A stretch of DNA of 64,000 nucleotides, taken from Lama guanicoe (taxonomy: Eukaryota). Under the pieces are notes generated by a model that was given only the letters and a program-made list of their open reading frames with translations, was not told where the DNA came from and ran no database searches. The translations under genes were made by a program, and so were the position numbers. The stretch covers positions 5,022,714 through 5,086,713 of the forward strand of contig MU053379.1 of assembly GCA_013239625.1 (NCBI GenBank), written 5' to 3'. Below are positions 25,326 to 36,897 of this stretch, piece after piece (position 1 is the first letter of the stretch; every line of letters starts with the position of its first letter).

Positions 25326-26362
25326 CCCAGGCCACTCAGACCCTTCCTTCAGCCAACATGCGTGCCACCCAGAAGTCACGGTGTGATTCAAAAGTATAAA
25401 TCTTACAAACTTACAAAAAGCACATTTGAAAGTTTAGTTTTTTTGTTTCAGTTTCTCTGATTGAAGATGACAAATACTGACTAAAGAAAAAAAAGTTAAT
25501 GTATTATGCAAAATCCACAAAGTCAAAAAAGTGTAAAATAAATTGAACTGTCAGATGGTGACTTCGGTGAGTTTGTGGCAGTCACACTTCTCAAGTGCAG
25601 GACCATGGGTCCTGTGTTTCCAGGAGGCCCCGCAGACAACACTCACGCAGCTGTGTGTTCCTTTGGCTCCAGCATGTCTTAAATCAGAAGGTAACGCAGG
25701 ATTCTTGCCCATAGCTGCGTCCTGATCTCAGACACTGAAGTCACAGCATTGCTTCCTGCAGCTTGGTTAAAAAACAAATGGAAAACAATTGAAATTAGTG
25801 ATTCTAGGTTAAACCTGGTTAAACTGTATATTTTACAATCAACATGTGGGGCTTTTAAACCTCCTTGTTTGGACCAGCAGCACACATTCAGGGGGACGAC
25901 CTGCTCCCCTTCCTCGGGTGGGAGCCCCATGCCCCCCTCCCCAGGAGGGCCAGCGTCCCTGTTTCTGCTCCTTTGAGAGGAGTCACGTCTGTGCCCCCCA
26001 CTTCGTTGCACTCGCACCACGGTTCACCCGCACTGCTGTGCACTTCAGCGCCTCCACGGCTCTTCCAGTGATGGACCGCCGCGTGTGCCCGGGAAGTCGG
26101 GGACGCAGAGGTGACGCCGGCCCTCGCTCTCCGCAGCGTGGGAGGGGCTGGGGTCGGCCGTGCCCTCGTGTGCGAGGGCGCCTCTCAGAGGAACCCCGGC
26201 GGGGACTTCAGAGTAAGCGGAGCGTGTGTTCCCCAACGGACGGCGGATGTTGCATCGTCCCGCCACGGCTTTGGACTGGGCCCAGCGAGCCTTTACCGAA
26301 GTCACCCCCAACCCCCGGTCCCCGCCCCCCCCATGGTGCCCAACCCCCCAGGTCCTCGCCCC

Positions 26363-26436
26363 NNNNNNNNNNNNNNNNNNNNNNNNNNNNNNNNNNNNNN
26401 NNNNNNNNNNNNNNNNNNNNNNNNNNNNNNNNNNNN
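26363..26436. other. Assembly gap (74 N) within C-rich repetitive sequence
   Basis: Run of N flanked by cccaacccc(c/ca)ggtcc(t)cgcccc-like units. Confidence 0.99.
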
Positions 26437-26782
26437 GCCTCCCCGGTCCACCCCCTACCCCCGTCCCCACACTGACGCTCCGGGAGCTCGTACGCTCTGG
26501 CAGGTGAAGGTGGTTCCTGAGGGTAGTTACTCAAGGGTGTTAGCGTTTTAGGGGCCCCTGAAGTCCATCCATGAGTCCAGGGCTTGTCCAAGGTGCGCAC
26601 AGAGCAGCGGGTCCTCCCAGGCATCCTCTCCAGGTCTTGCCCGGGCTCAGTGGTCCCTGAGCCCCATACTCCTGCCAGCACCACTTGAATCACTCTTTCT
26701 GTTGATTTGAAAATTAGGAAAAAATATACGTATACATGAAGAAACCCGGACTCTGTACCCCCCCCCCGCCCCGTGTTCACAG

Positions 26783-26926
26783 AGCGCCCCGGGGATCCAG
26801 GAGCTGCTGGGCGTGGCCAAGCGGGACATCCCCTCCGGCCTCTGGCAGGCCACACCCCTGGTCCTCAGGGCCACAGCTGGGCTGCGTCTGCTGCCAGGAG
26901 AAAAGGCTCAGAAGCTGCTGCAGAAG
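26783..26926 (+). CDS. ENTPD6: ENTPD6 coding exon 3
   Basis: [48 protein letters not shown] (ACR2 ATAGLRLL); cag acceptor, GTGAG donor. Confidence 0.97.
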
Positions 26927-27128
26927 GTGAGCTCGTCCGTTCCCGGGGCCTGGCGGGGGGCTGGTGCATTTGAAGACGCAGGCCCCCCGCGAGGGGGACG
27001 AATGCCGGCCTTCGGTGGAGGGCCTGTCGCTGAACGTTGCTTTCCTCCTCAGGGAGTTGAAAGTACTCGTGTTTTCTGGAATGAGTTTGTCTTCTAAGAA
27101 GAGCAAGTTTGTTTTAAGAATACGTTGC

Positions 27129-27238
27129 GGAGAGGGTATAGCTCAGTGCACGCGCGAGGCCCTGCGTTCAGTCCTTGGTGCTGCCGTTAAAAATGCGCAT
27201 ATAAGTAAATAAACCTGGTTACCACTCCCAAAAACAAT
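27129..27238 (+). mobile_element. Vic-1-like SINE with internal deletion
   Basis: ggagagggtatagctcagtg..cgaggccctgcgttcagtcc..aaataaacctggttaccactcccaaaaac. Confidence 0.75.
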
Positions 27239-27855
27239 TGTGAAAAGGAAGCTATAAAAAAATGTGCTCTTGAAGGGCTTCCCGCCGTCCACGGACTCTC
27301 CGTGTGTCTGAACTCCCAGCGCGTCCTCTCGGCCCGCGGGTCCTGGGGTCGTGCCAGCCCCGCTCTTGGTCCGATGCTTGGACGCGCCGGTTCTGAACCT
27401 TCTTGCTACTCAGTGACGGGTTGTTGTGCACGTCCACATCCCTTTTGACAACCACACCCACGTTCTCGAGCAGGTGCTGGGACACGGGGCAGACGTACCG
27501 AAGTTTCCGCGTATCAGTGGTCGCTAAAAAAGCGGAGACGGGTGTGCAGCCAAATGCAGCTGCTCACTGCCTCCCCATCCCCCGCCACCGTCCCCCGGGA
27601 GCGTGCCCGCCAGCCGCGTGGGCCCAGGCTGGAATCTGCCTTGCAGGGTTCCCGCCCCCTGTCTCCCATCCTAGAGCAGGGCAGCTTTGGGGTGCCCTGG
27701 TACCCCAGACCCCATCCAGGGCCTCAGCAGCACTGCCTCCGCCGGCCCAGGCTCCGTGAATGTGGCAGGCACCCTACAGTGTCTCCTGCCTGGCGAGTAG
27801 TGGGACGGGCTGGGGGCTTCGGTCTGGAGGATAAAGTGCCTCTCTCTCCCTGCAG

Positions 27856-27931
27856 GTTAAAGAAGTGTTCGAGGCGTCGCCGTTCCTCGTGGGCACCGAC
27901 TGTGTTTCCATCATGAACGGCACGGACGAAG
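27856..27931 (+). CDS. ENTPD6: ENTPD6 coding exon 4
   Basis: VKEVFEASPFLVGTDCVSIMNGTDE (ACR3 catalytic Glu, NGT sequon); AG/GT boundaries. Confidence 0.97.
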
Positions 27932-28534
27932 GTAGTGGCCATAGGCGGGCGCCCTGTGGGCTGCTGTGCGGGTCCCGGGGCCTTCCCCAGGCAGGCATGC
28001 TGACAACAAAGCAATGGTCCTGTCCCCGTCTCTGATTTAACGTCTCAGAGCCCGTCCTGGGGCCGGAGTTAGAGACAGCTGCCAACCTGGCCCAGATGAA
28101 ACTTCTAGAACAAATCATTTTTCTGGTTTAAGAACATTTAAAGAGAACCCTCAGTTGCTGTCACGTCAGAATGTTGGTGCTGCAGTAATTCTAAGGGGCA
28201 GACGCTTGATAAGGTTCCTTACCAGCCTCTGACTTTAAGCATGCCCTCCCGAGTTGGCGAGTGTGGTGGAGGGCGTGGGGACATCTGCTTCTCTTCAGAA
28301 GAGAAGCAGTCGGTGAGGACCGGCGCCGGGTGCAGCGGGCAGAGCGCTCTGGGTCTCAGTGCGGGGCCTCCTCGGACCCCGCCCGGGCTGCGGGTGGCCT
28401 CGTGGCTAGCGCTCCTTCCGCAGCTGATCTGAAGGCTGCGAGGAGTGAGCAGGTGTGGCCTCGGGCTCCTGATGTCAGAGAGCTGGTTCCAGCGTCTCAA
28501 GTGGCTCAGGTGCGCTTGTGACCCTCTCTTGCAG

Positions 28535-28570
28535 GCGTTTCGGCCTGGATCACAGTCAACTTCCTCACAG
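28535..28570 (+). CDS. ENTPD6: ENTPD6 coding exon 5 (36 nt)
   Basis: (G)VSAWITVNFLT; gcag acceptor, CAG|GTGGG donor. Confidence 0.95.
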
Positions 28571-29330
28571 GTGGGTCCTCTTCATCTTGAGTCCACAGTT
28601 CACTGACCCGGTGCTGAGAGCAGGGGCCCCATCTCCACTCTTTAAAGGGACCCCTCGGGGTCGCAGTGTCGCCGGCCCAAAGAATTAGGCTGTGGGGGTG
28701 AGTGGGGGTGTCCACTGGTGGCCCCGGGGCCCCAGGCCTGCAGATGCAAGTGCTGGGCGGGAGGGGCCTTCCCTGCAGGTGGGGGCGGCTCCCCCAGCCG
28801 CCTCCTGGGTTCCTGGGTTCCGAGGAAGCCCTGAGTGACGCTGCTCATGCCTCAGGTGCTGACAGTCCTGAGCACTGGTCAGCCTGTCGTCAAAGTCTCT
28901 GCTGGAGGTGGGGCAGCCTGTCCTGGAAACAGGTGCCAGGAGCACTTTTCCTTGTGTTGTTCTCAGGATGTGGACTTTTGTCCCCTTATTGCAATTATGG
29001 GCCAGACCAATGTGTCTGATTCACGGAAGAGAGAGGAAGTTTCTTGTAGGATTTGCCGCCTGGGGATGGAGGGCCATGTTAGGGGACAGGCCAGGAGAGC
29101 AGGCGGGGGCGTCCCCGAGGGGGGGGTCACATTGTCCTTGCACTCAGACTAAAGCCACCGCCGAGGCAGCTGTCCTTCGTGCCACAAACGCCCTGGAGGT
29201 TTTAAGTGGCCTCAGCTTCTCCCCGTCTTGCCTGGCTTTCCACGGCGGGGTCTGACTTCCAGCCTCTCCGCGTTTCCTGCTGTCTTCGTGTTACTAACGG
29301 CATCGCTGTGGGTTTCCTCCTGTGCTGCAG

Positions 29331-29419
29331 GCGGTCTCAGAGCCCCCGGGAGGGGCAGCGTGGGCACGCTGGACCTGGGCGGAGGGTCCACTCAGATCAC
29401 CTTCCTCCCGAGAGTCGAG
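29331..29419 (+). CDS. ENTPD6: ENTPD6 coding exon 6
   Basis: GGLRAPGRGSVGTLDLGGGSTQITFLPRVE (ACR4 DLGGGSTQ); consensus branch point TACTAAC at 29292-29298. Confidence 0.97.
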
Positions 29420-29987
29420 GTAACCAGCCCCTGCTCTCAGCCCCTCCCCTGAGGACCAGGTCCACCCACAGTGCTGCTTGCTGTGATTTTAACTCTGCCT
29501 GGAGAGAAAGGAGAAATGTGGTCTTCAGCAGGGCGATAAGTTAGATGGTGCCTGGAGCCCTCTGGGCAGAGAGCGGGAGTGGGGCCCCCCGCCCCCCAGC
29601 CTGACTGCGGGCGAGAGCGGCCTCCTCTTCAGACAGACGTCCTGGGGGGACCGTGCTCCCGGTTAAGGCTGCGCTGTTCTGGAAAGTGCCTTCCTCAGCC
29701 GCCGTTTTAGTCGGTTGTTTTAGTTGTTAGTGGAAAACACTTAAATTTACTCCTGACTGTCTTGGCTGGGCCGCGTTTGTCAAAACGGGTAAATGCTACA
29801 AAGAGGAAAAACATGGTGTTTCCATTTTGGACAGTTCTTCTTTCATCACAGCAGTGATCTGAGGAAACACTCGTGTGACTGAGTATGTCTGTGGACATCC
29901 CTGTTCCTTCGAGTGACTGGAGGGAGTGGGGGACAGCTTTCTAGAGAGGCCAGCAGGGAAGACGGTGACTCTCGCGTTCCTCCCCAG

Positions 29988-30067
29988 GGCACCCTCCAGA
30001 CCTCCCCGCCCGGCTACCTGACGTCCCTGCAAATGTTCAACAGGACCTACAAGCTCTATTCCTACAG
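29988..30067 (+). CDS. ENTPD6: ENTPD6 coding exon 7
   Basis: GTLQTSPPGYLTSLQMFNRTYKLYSY (NRT sequon); AG/GT boundaries. Confidence 0.96.
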
Positions 30068-30582
30068 GTTTGTGTCAGGGTGAGGGTGGAGAGGTTGACG
30101 GTCAGGCACACGGAGCAGCTTAGCACCGCGGCCTCGTCTCCAGCTCCTGCCTGTGGAGTGACGGAGCGGTCAGCCCAGACTCGGCGAGACCCTGCTGTGG
30201 GCCCTCCCCCTCCCCTCCCCTGCAGTAACATGTAACACGTGTGCTTGGCCTGTTCTGCTCTGGAAGAGGTTTTGAGAAAGTGGGGAGGAGCCCCTGGATC
30301 GAGCAGTTTTCTGGGCCGTGGGACGCCTCCTGTAGGGTCTTCCGTGTGGCGCATCCACACCGTGAAGGTGGGGGCCTGTCGCCCTGTCCAGTGTCCGTGG
30401 CTCCTGGACCAGCTCCCGCCTCATAGTAGCCTTCACGTCTGTGCCGAGTGCCCTGAGCCCCACCAAAGAAGCTTCCAGAATAAGCAGAAAACTGCTGTTT
30501 GCCGCTGGTTTCCTCCCTTCCGCTCCCCCCGTCCTGGACCCGGGCAGTTCGCGTGTCCCCTCACCGCGCTCTCTTCCCACAG

Positions 30583-30647
30583 CTACCTGGGCCTCGGCCT
30601 GATGTCGGCGCGGCTGGCGGTCCTGGGCGGCAAGGAGGGGAAGCCTG
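30583..30647 (+). CDS. ENTPD6: ENTPD6 coding exon 8
   Basis: (S)YLGLGLMSARLAVLGGKEGKP; cag acceptor, GTGAGT donor. Confidence 0.97.
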
Positions 30648-31563
30648 GTGAGTGGGCGCACCTCGTCAGGTCGTCGATGAGGAAAGAGGTGCCGGTGACG
30701 TCGGGGCTGTGTCACTGGGCTGGGCACGTCCAGGGTCGGCTTGTTTTTAAGCCTTTACGGCAAGACAGCACGGGAGGGGCCCGAGGAGGGGTTCGTGGGG
30801 TCTCGGACGGGCTTGGCCTTCCAGATGGGCAGCCCCTTTGTTGCAAACTGAAAATGCATTCTCATCTCAGAAAACCAGCACCCTTGCTCTGAGCCAGAAA
30901 ACACCTGCTGGCCAGCGGGAGGAAGGCAGGCACCCATTCACCACCCGCTCCAGCCTCGGGGTCCTGTGCCCCCTGCAGCCCCCCAGCCAGCCAAGCAGTG
31001 AGGGAGCCTCCCGCAGGCTGAGCGGTTGTCACTCAACAGATGCTTTATCGTCACGATTGTCATGAGTCGCAGGCTCCCCTGGGGCCCCGTGGGGTGGCGT
31101 TTGGGGCACATCTGGCCTCCACCTGCACTTCTCCCGGCAGCTTAGAGGTGGGAGGGCTGCCTGAGGTCGCACAGCCTCCTGTCCCACACGTTCTGTCAGT
31201 GAAAGCAGACCCCAGCCAGGAACCCTCTTGGCAGGAGGCCGGCCACCACGTGTCCAGAGCTGGCAGTGGGCAGCGTGTCCTGGCTCTGCCTCGCTCGTCC
31301 ATAAAGTGAGGGACGCCAACTGCTCCTGTTAGGGTCGTGGTGACCGTCGCCTGGAACCCTGATGCCCCTCGGTGGCCATGAGCTGGGAGTGGCTTCGCTG
31401 GGGCCTCTGTGGTGGACAGAGGCTCTGCCTCCCACAGCCGACCTGGGTTGCGTCCACAAGCCAGGCCTGATGGGAAAGGGAAGCTGGTCCCCTGGCCCGA
31501 GGCCCGACGCGCCCTCGCCCCACAGCGCCAGGTGCACTGTATCCTCCTCCTTCTCTGTTTCAG

Positions 31564-31665
31564 CTGAGGATGGAGAGGAGTTGGTCAGCCCTTGTCTGTC
31601 TCCGGGTTTCAGAGGAGAGTGGTCACACGCCGAGATAACCTACAGGGTCTCAGGACAGAAGGCAG
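31564..31665 (+). CDS. ENTPD6: ENTPD6 coding exon 9
   Basis: (A)EDGEELVSPCLSPGFRGEWSHAEITYRVSGQKA; AG/GT boundaries. Confidence 0.97.
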
Positions 31666-33559
31666 GTACGCTGACCTTCCACGGGCGGCTGGTGCGCGTG
31701 CCCTCCCGACGCCTCTGAGAAGCAGGGCAGCCTCTAGCCTCCTCGCACACCAGCCTGCACTTGCCCACGAGGTGGACGAGGCTCTGGAGGCCCCAGCTCC
31801 CACAGGGTGTCCACACAAGGCCCCCTGGTCTGCCGCCAGGTGCCCCTGCAGAGGCCCAACGTCCTAACCGGCCTCCGAGAGGAAGGGCCTGGGTGGCCGT
31901 TGGCTCCGAGCAGACAGCAGGTCCGGCTGTGGGCCCAGCTGCCCTGCGAGCCCGCGTCCCAGGTGAGGGACAGATGGCCCCTCCCCGCCCCGCCTGCGCT
32001 CCTGGTGAGGACGCGGAGCTCCCTGCGGGGCTCCTGGCAGCCTGGCCCTCTCACCACGGCATCCCCTGTGCCCTGTGCTCTTTGAGTTTCTTCCAAAAGA
32101 GCTACTGCAGTGCTGTGTCTAGGCTGGCCCCGTGGGCGTGCGGGCACCTGTGACAAGCAGCTTGTCCTCGCGGCCCCACAGACACCACACGTGCCGTGTC
32201 CCCGCACCAGCCAGTTCCCTGACACCCACGGGGTGTCCTGCAGCTCAGTCCAGTCCCCGCGCTGACACCAGGGGTCAGCGCAGACCCCACGGGTTAGGGC
32301 CCCCCAGACTCCCAGTTTTCTGACTGACATGGCTGCGCACCTGGGGTTCCCACAACTCCCTCCTCAAATCGGACAGTTGCTGGAATGGCTCCTGGGACTC
32401 AGCAAAGCGCTTTACTACCGCTGGTTTCTGGTACAGGGCACCACTCGGGAGCAGCAAAGGGGAGATGCCCAGGGCAGGTGTGTGGGGCGGGCGCCCCTCC
32501 TGGCACCTCCATGCCTTCTCCAACCGGAAGCACTCAGGAGCCCACTGTTTAGGGTTTTCACAGAGGCTCGTTACAGAGGCAAGACTGATCCAGTCCTCGA
32601 CTGCGAGGGACTGGCTCAGTCCCCAGCCCCCTCTCCTCCTGGGGGGTCAGCGTGGGGCTGAAAGTTCCAGCCTTCTCATCACCGGCTGGTTCCACCAACA
32701 ACCAGCCCCCTCTAGGGGCCCCCAGGAGTCACCTCGTAGCACAAGCCAGGCGGGGGTGAAGGGGCTCACTGTGAACGAGAGGGGACCCCTCGCCCTCAGC
32801 ACTCGGGGTCACATGGGCTGAACGAGTCCATGCCAGGACCTGGATGAGAATGGATGCCTGTCCTTGTGATGTGATGAGACTGCAGGGGGTGGGGGCATCT
32901 GGGGCAACTGCCATTTTAAATGAGTCCGGGGGGGTCTCCTGCGGTGATTCTTGGGCGAGGAGATGGGGAGTGAGCCACACAGATCGAAAGCCCAGGCTCA
33001 GGGGTCAGTGTGTGCAGAGGTCCTGTGGCAGCTGCTGTGTTCGGGGAGCGAGGAGCAGGTGTTGTGACCAGACAGGGAGAGCGGAGGGCAGGGAGGCTGA
33101 GGGCCGTGGTGCCGTGGGCCAGGGAGAGCTGGATGGGCAGCAGCCAGACGTGGGGCAGGCCCGTCGTGGCTGTGGGCCATCCTCATCTGTGAACTCAGGC
33201 CTGTGCTGTGGCCCGCCTTCCGAGCAGGGGGGCAGGGACCGCTCCTGCACGCTTCCTCACCAGTGAGGTGAGAGGAGGAGGTGCAGGACCCCCGGGGCTG
33301 ATGAGACGTAGGGAGATGCTGCACACTGGGGCTTAGCATGGGGCGCAGCTCCAGGGCTGGGGCCGTGCTCTTTCCAGCCACCTCCATGCTCACGGTGTCC
33401 CCCCTCGACCTCGCATGGTTCATGGCCCCTAAGAGGTTGCAGGTGGGCCCCGCACAGGCTCCTGGTCCCATCTCACCCCCAGGTCAGGGTCACCCCAGGC
33501 TGTGTGGCCAGGTGCCCAGAGCCCCGACCACTGAATGTGCCCTCCCTCCGCCTGACCAG

Positions 33560-33700
33560 CGGGGAACCTCTATCAGCTGTGTGCCGCCCGAGTGTCCAAA
33601 ATCCTTCGAGACAAAGTGCACAGGACGGAGGAAGCGAAGGACGTGGACTTCTATGCCTTTTCCTACTATTACGATCTCGCAGCAAACGTCGGCCTCATAG
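33560..33700 (+). CDS. ENTPD6: ENTPD6 coding exon 10
   Basis: (A)GNLYQLCAARVSKILRDKVHRTEEAKDVDFYAFSYYYDLAANVGLI; phase consistent. Confidence 0.96.
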   Translation, partial: RGTSISCVPPECPKSFETKCTGRRKRRTWTSMPFPTITISQQTSAS

Positions 33701-34938
33701 GTAGGGGCGGGGCCAGGTGGGTGCCCTGGGCCTGTGGCGGGGCTGGGGGCGAGCCATCAGCGGTAAGGTGGCAGGGGCAGAGGGAGGGCCGTGTGTCACG
33801 GAGGGAGAGTGACTGGCCGCCTTTGGTGAGCGAGCCACTCGCTGTCGGCTCCTCCCCCGCGTCAGCCGCCGCCACCTCAGCCTGGGGCTCTGGCACCCAG
33901 GCCGAAGGGAGGGGCCTGGCCTCTCAGGAGCCAGTGGGTTTCACTCCAGCTGCCCCCCAGCCTGTGAGCGCTGCGGGGCAGAAGGTGGTATTTGGAGCCC
34001 TGGGGCTGGGGGTCGGCAGACCATCACTTCAATGGGTGGTGACTGGGAGTGGTTTTTGGTGAAACGGATTGACGAGAGGGTAGCACATGCCCGGCAGGGA
34101 TGAGAATGCCAGTGTCCATAGGACGCCACCCAGGAGAACCGGCCAAGTCTGGCCCCCTGGGGCCCCGTGTGGACGGCTGCTGGCAGGGGAGGCTGGTCCG
34201 GGTGGAAGGTGACCTCTCACCCCTCGCCCCAGCGGCTGCCCGGCCTGCACCCTCGTCTGCACTCTCCAGATGGTGCCCAGCTGTGGCGGGGCTGGCCTTG
34301 CGGGGCCCCTTCCTGGGACGATCTCATCTTCCCGGGGCGCCCTCAGGGATGCCAGGCTGTTCTGGAAAGTTCTGCTCACTCCCTTTGTGGCCGCACCTGG
34401 CTCCGCAAGGCCGGCCTGGTCTGGTTTTAGAAATGGAACCACCCTAAGGTGACATTTGCTGACTTAGCAAACGCCTGAGGGGGGAAGTAGACCTCCTCAT
34501 CACGCCGCCTTCCACAGACCTAGGGTCCAGGGCAGAGGCTCAGGGGCTCCTTGAAGATGCCAGCTGCCGTCGGGAGAGGCAGACGGGGCACCTCACGCGC
34601 CGGCCTGGGAGTGGCACGGGCCCGCCGCCCACCCCGAGGCCTTGTTCTCTCCCAGGGCTTCTTTCTCCCCTGGAGTGTGACTCAGGTCAGCGCTGCCGCG
34701 CACAGGCCACGGCTTCAGGAGATGTTTCCAGTTTCCTTCCCTTGAGGTTGAGAGCTTGCTCTGTCTGGGGCCCAGGGCCCTGCCGAGCTCCCTCTGAGGC
34801 CCCGGCCGTGCTGCCCGCCCCGTGTGGCCCACCGCAAGTGCGTCACCTCCGACGCCCAGATGTATAGCCGCCCCAGGGCCTCAGTGCCGTCGTGGCTCTC
34901 GGTGCTGGTGCCGACTGGGCGCTTGGTCTTGTCCACAG

Positions 34939-34995
34939 ACGCAGAGAAGGGGGGCAGCCTGGTCGTCGCAGATTTTGAGATTGCAGCCAAGTACG
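34939..34995 (+). CDS. ENTPD6: ENTPD6 coding exon 11
   Basis: (D)AEKGGSLVVADFEIAAKY; cag acceptor, GTGAGT donor. Confidence 0.97.
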
Positions 34996-35901
34996 GTGAG
35001 TGGCCTGGAGGCCAGACGCTGTCCCAGGCACGAGGCAGGCACTGGCCCCAGAATTCCTGGTTGGTTCTGATTGTGTCACCCAGACGAGCCTTCGTGGGCG
35101 TGAGAGTGGACAGGGGCCGCTGCTGGCCCGGGCTGCAGGGCCGCGCGCCCGGGGCGGCCTGGGCCAGGCGGCGGGGCCGGCGTCCGGCTGCACGAGGACT
35201 TGGTCTCAGTCCTGGGTCGTGAGGAGCAGACTCCCTTGATTTCATTTTTTCAAACTCTTCCCTGGGACTCGGGTGACCTCAAAGGGATTCCCCCAGATGC
35301 ACAGCTTCAGGAAGCCCTGCACAGCAGAGCCCAGCACGTGGGGGATGGAGAGCTGTCCCCTGGGGTGTCGCAGGAGGTGGACCTGCAGCCCCAGGGCCGC
35401 TGCCCATCCCCCCAGCAGGCCAGGACGTAAACATTGTGCTCTCTGGTTACGTTTCCCAGTCACAGGAAAAAGGAGTTAAATTCGGTTTATTCCTCCATAA
35501 AAAAATCCTTCCCCCCTCCTCCAAAAAAGGCTTTACTGAGCCTTCTCATCACTTCTGGTCGGCCCCCTGAACACCAGCCAGCACAGCTGTCCGCAGGAAA
35601 AGGTTCCACGCAGGAGGCCACGGCTGGGGTTCGGGCGGGTGGTCCTGCACCTGCTGTGTCGGTGTTTTCAGGCCCCAGGAAGCCCAGGTCCACGCCTGGG
35701 ACAGCTGTCTAGGGTCCAGGGCAGAGACGGGGTCTCCGGCCTGTAACACAGACGTGGCAGGCGGTGGATGCCTGCCTGTGCTGTGCTCTGGTCAGCAGTG
35801 AGGCCCTGGTGCACAGAGCCCGGCGGGGTGGGTGCCCGGGGCGGGTGGGCTCGGGGCTGCACTGCCCCCCTCCCCCGGCCCAGCAGCTGTCTGCCCCACA
35901 G

Positions 35902-36014
35902 TGTGCCGGACGGCGGAGGCCCAGCCTCCCCACAACCCCTTCCTGTGCCTGGACCTCACCTACGTCAGCCTCCTGCTGCGGGAGTTCGGCTTCCCGAGGG
36001 ACAAGGAGCTGAAG
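35902..36014 (+). CDS. ENTPD6: ENTPD6 coding exon 12
   Basis: (V)CRTAEAQPPHNPFLCLDLTYVSLLLREFGFPRDKELK; AG/GT boundaries. Confidence 0.97.
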
Positions 36015-36106
36015 GTAGGGACCCCCGGCGCCCCTACTCCGGCCCCTTCGTGAGCAGTGCCCACCTTTCACACACACTCCTCCGCCCCTCCTCTTGTCTT
36101 TTCAAG

Positions 36107-36205
36107 TTGACCCAGAAGATTGATAACGTTGAGACCAGCTGGGCCCTGGGGGCCACCTTCCATTACATCGACTCCCTGAGCAGATGGAAGAGCCCAACTT
36201 CATAG
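36107..36205 (+). CDS. ENTPD6: ENTPD6 last coding exon
   Basis: LTQKIDNVETSWALGATFHYIDSLSRWKSPTS* (ACR5 SWALGA). The 13 coding exons sum to 1371 nt = 456 aa plus stop. Confidence 0.97.
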   Translation: MTQKIDNVETSWALGATFHYIDSLSRWKSPTS

Positions 36206-36891
36206 GGCCGAGCCGCCGGCCGTCCCCTCAGAAGCACTGATGCTGCGAGAACCGACCCCGGATCCCTGATGAGCGGGGAAGAGGCCACGTGCAGGCTGCC
36301 ACCCTCCTCCCCGCGGCCTCACAGGAGGCTTCTGGATGGCAGGGGGCTGGAGTGCGGCCCAGGCCTTGGCTCCAGGTGGGCAGTGACCAGCTGGGGCCAG
36401 GATGGTGCAGTCCGCCATCCCTGTCGTCCCTAGAGCAGGGCTGGGGCGACCGTGACGTGTCCTGGACAGATGTCTGGTTTCATCCTGCTGCTCCCATTGG
36501 GCCCTGGGCCAGCACGTCTCCTCCGAGGGTGCGGACATGTGGCGTCACCCAGCAGTCACTTCCTCAAGTCCTTGGTGGCTCGGGGTGAGCGGACAGAGTG
36601 GCACTGAGACTGGGAAGAGGGGCCGGAGGAGGTGCCTGTTGGTGGCCCGTGTGCCCTGGCCTCTTGAGGCTGTCGAGACCTGTGAACTGCTGGCAGGTGT
36701 CCGAGGCTGTGCTGCGTGAATGATGTTGTCGTGTGGTGTGTGCTGGCGGAGAGCCGTGTTCTGAGCTCAGCGTGTGTCACTGCCCTGTGCGTGTGCAGCC
36801 CCGGAACCGCCCTCAGGTGGTCTTGGTCCGCAGCCGCTCCTGCCTCGGACGCACCATACGTGGAGTAAACTGAGCCTCGTATTCCGTCCAC

Positions 36892-36897
36892 AATAAA
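36892..36897 (+). terminator. ENTPD6: ENTPD6 polyadenylation signal
   Basis: First AATAAA after the stop codon (~690 nt 3' UTR), followed by pyrimidine/U-rich sequence. Confidence 0.8.

Noticed and set aside
24809..25460. His/Thr-rich and Cys/Val-rich ORFs suggesting a metal-binding protein
   Set aside because: Translation artefact of the (CA)-rich low-complexity tract; only 24861-24937 is a real exon.
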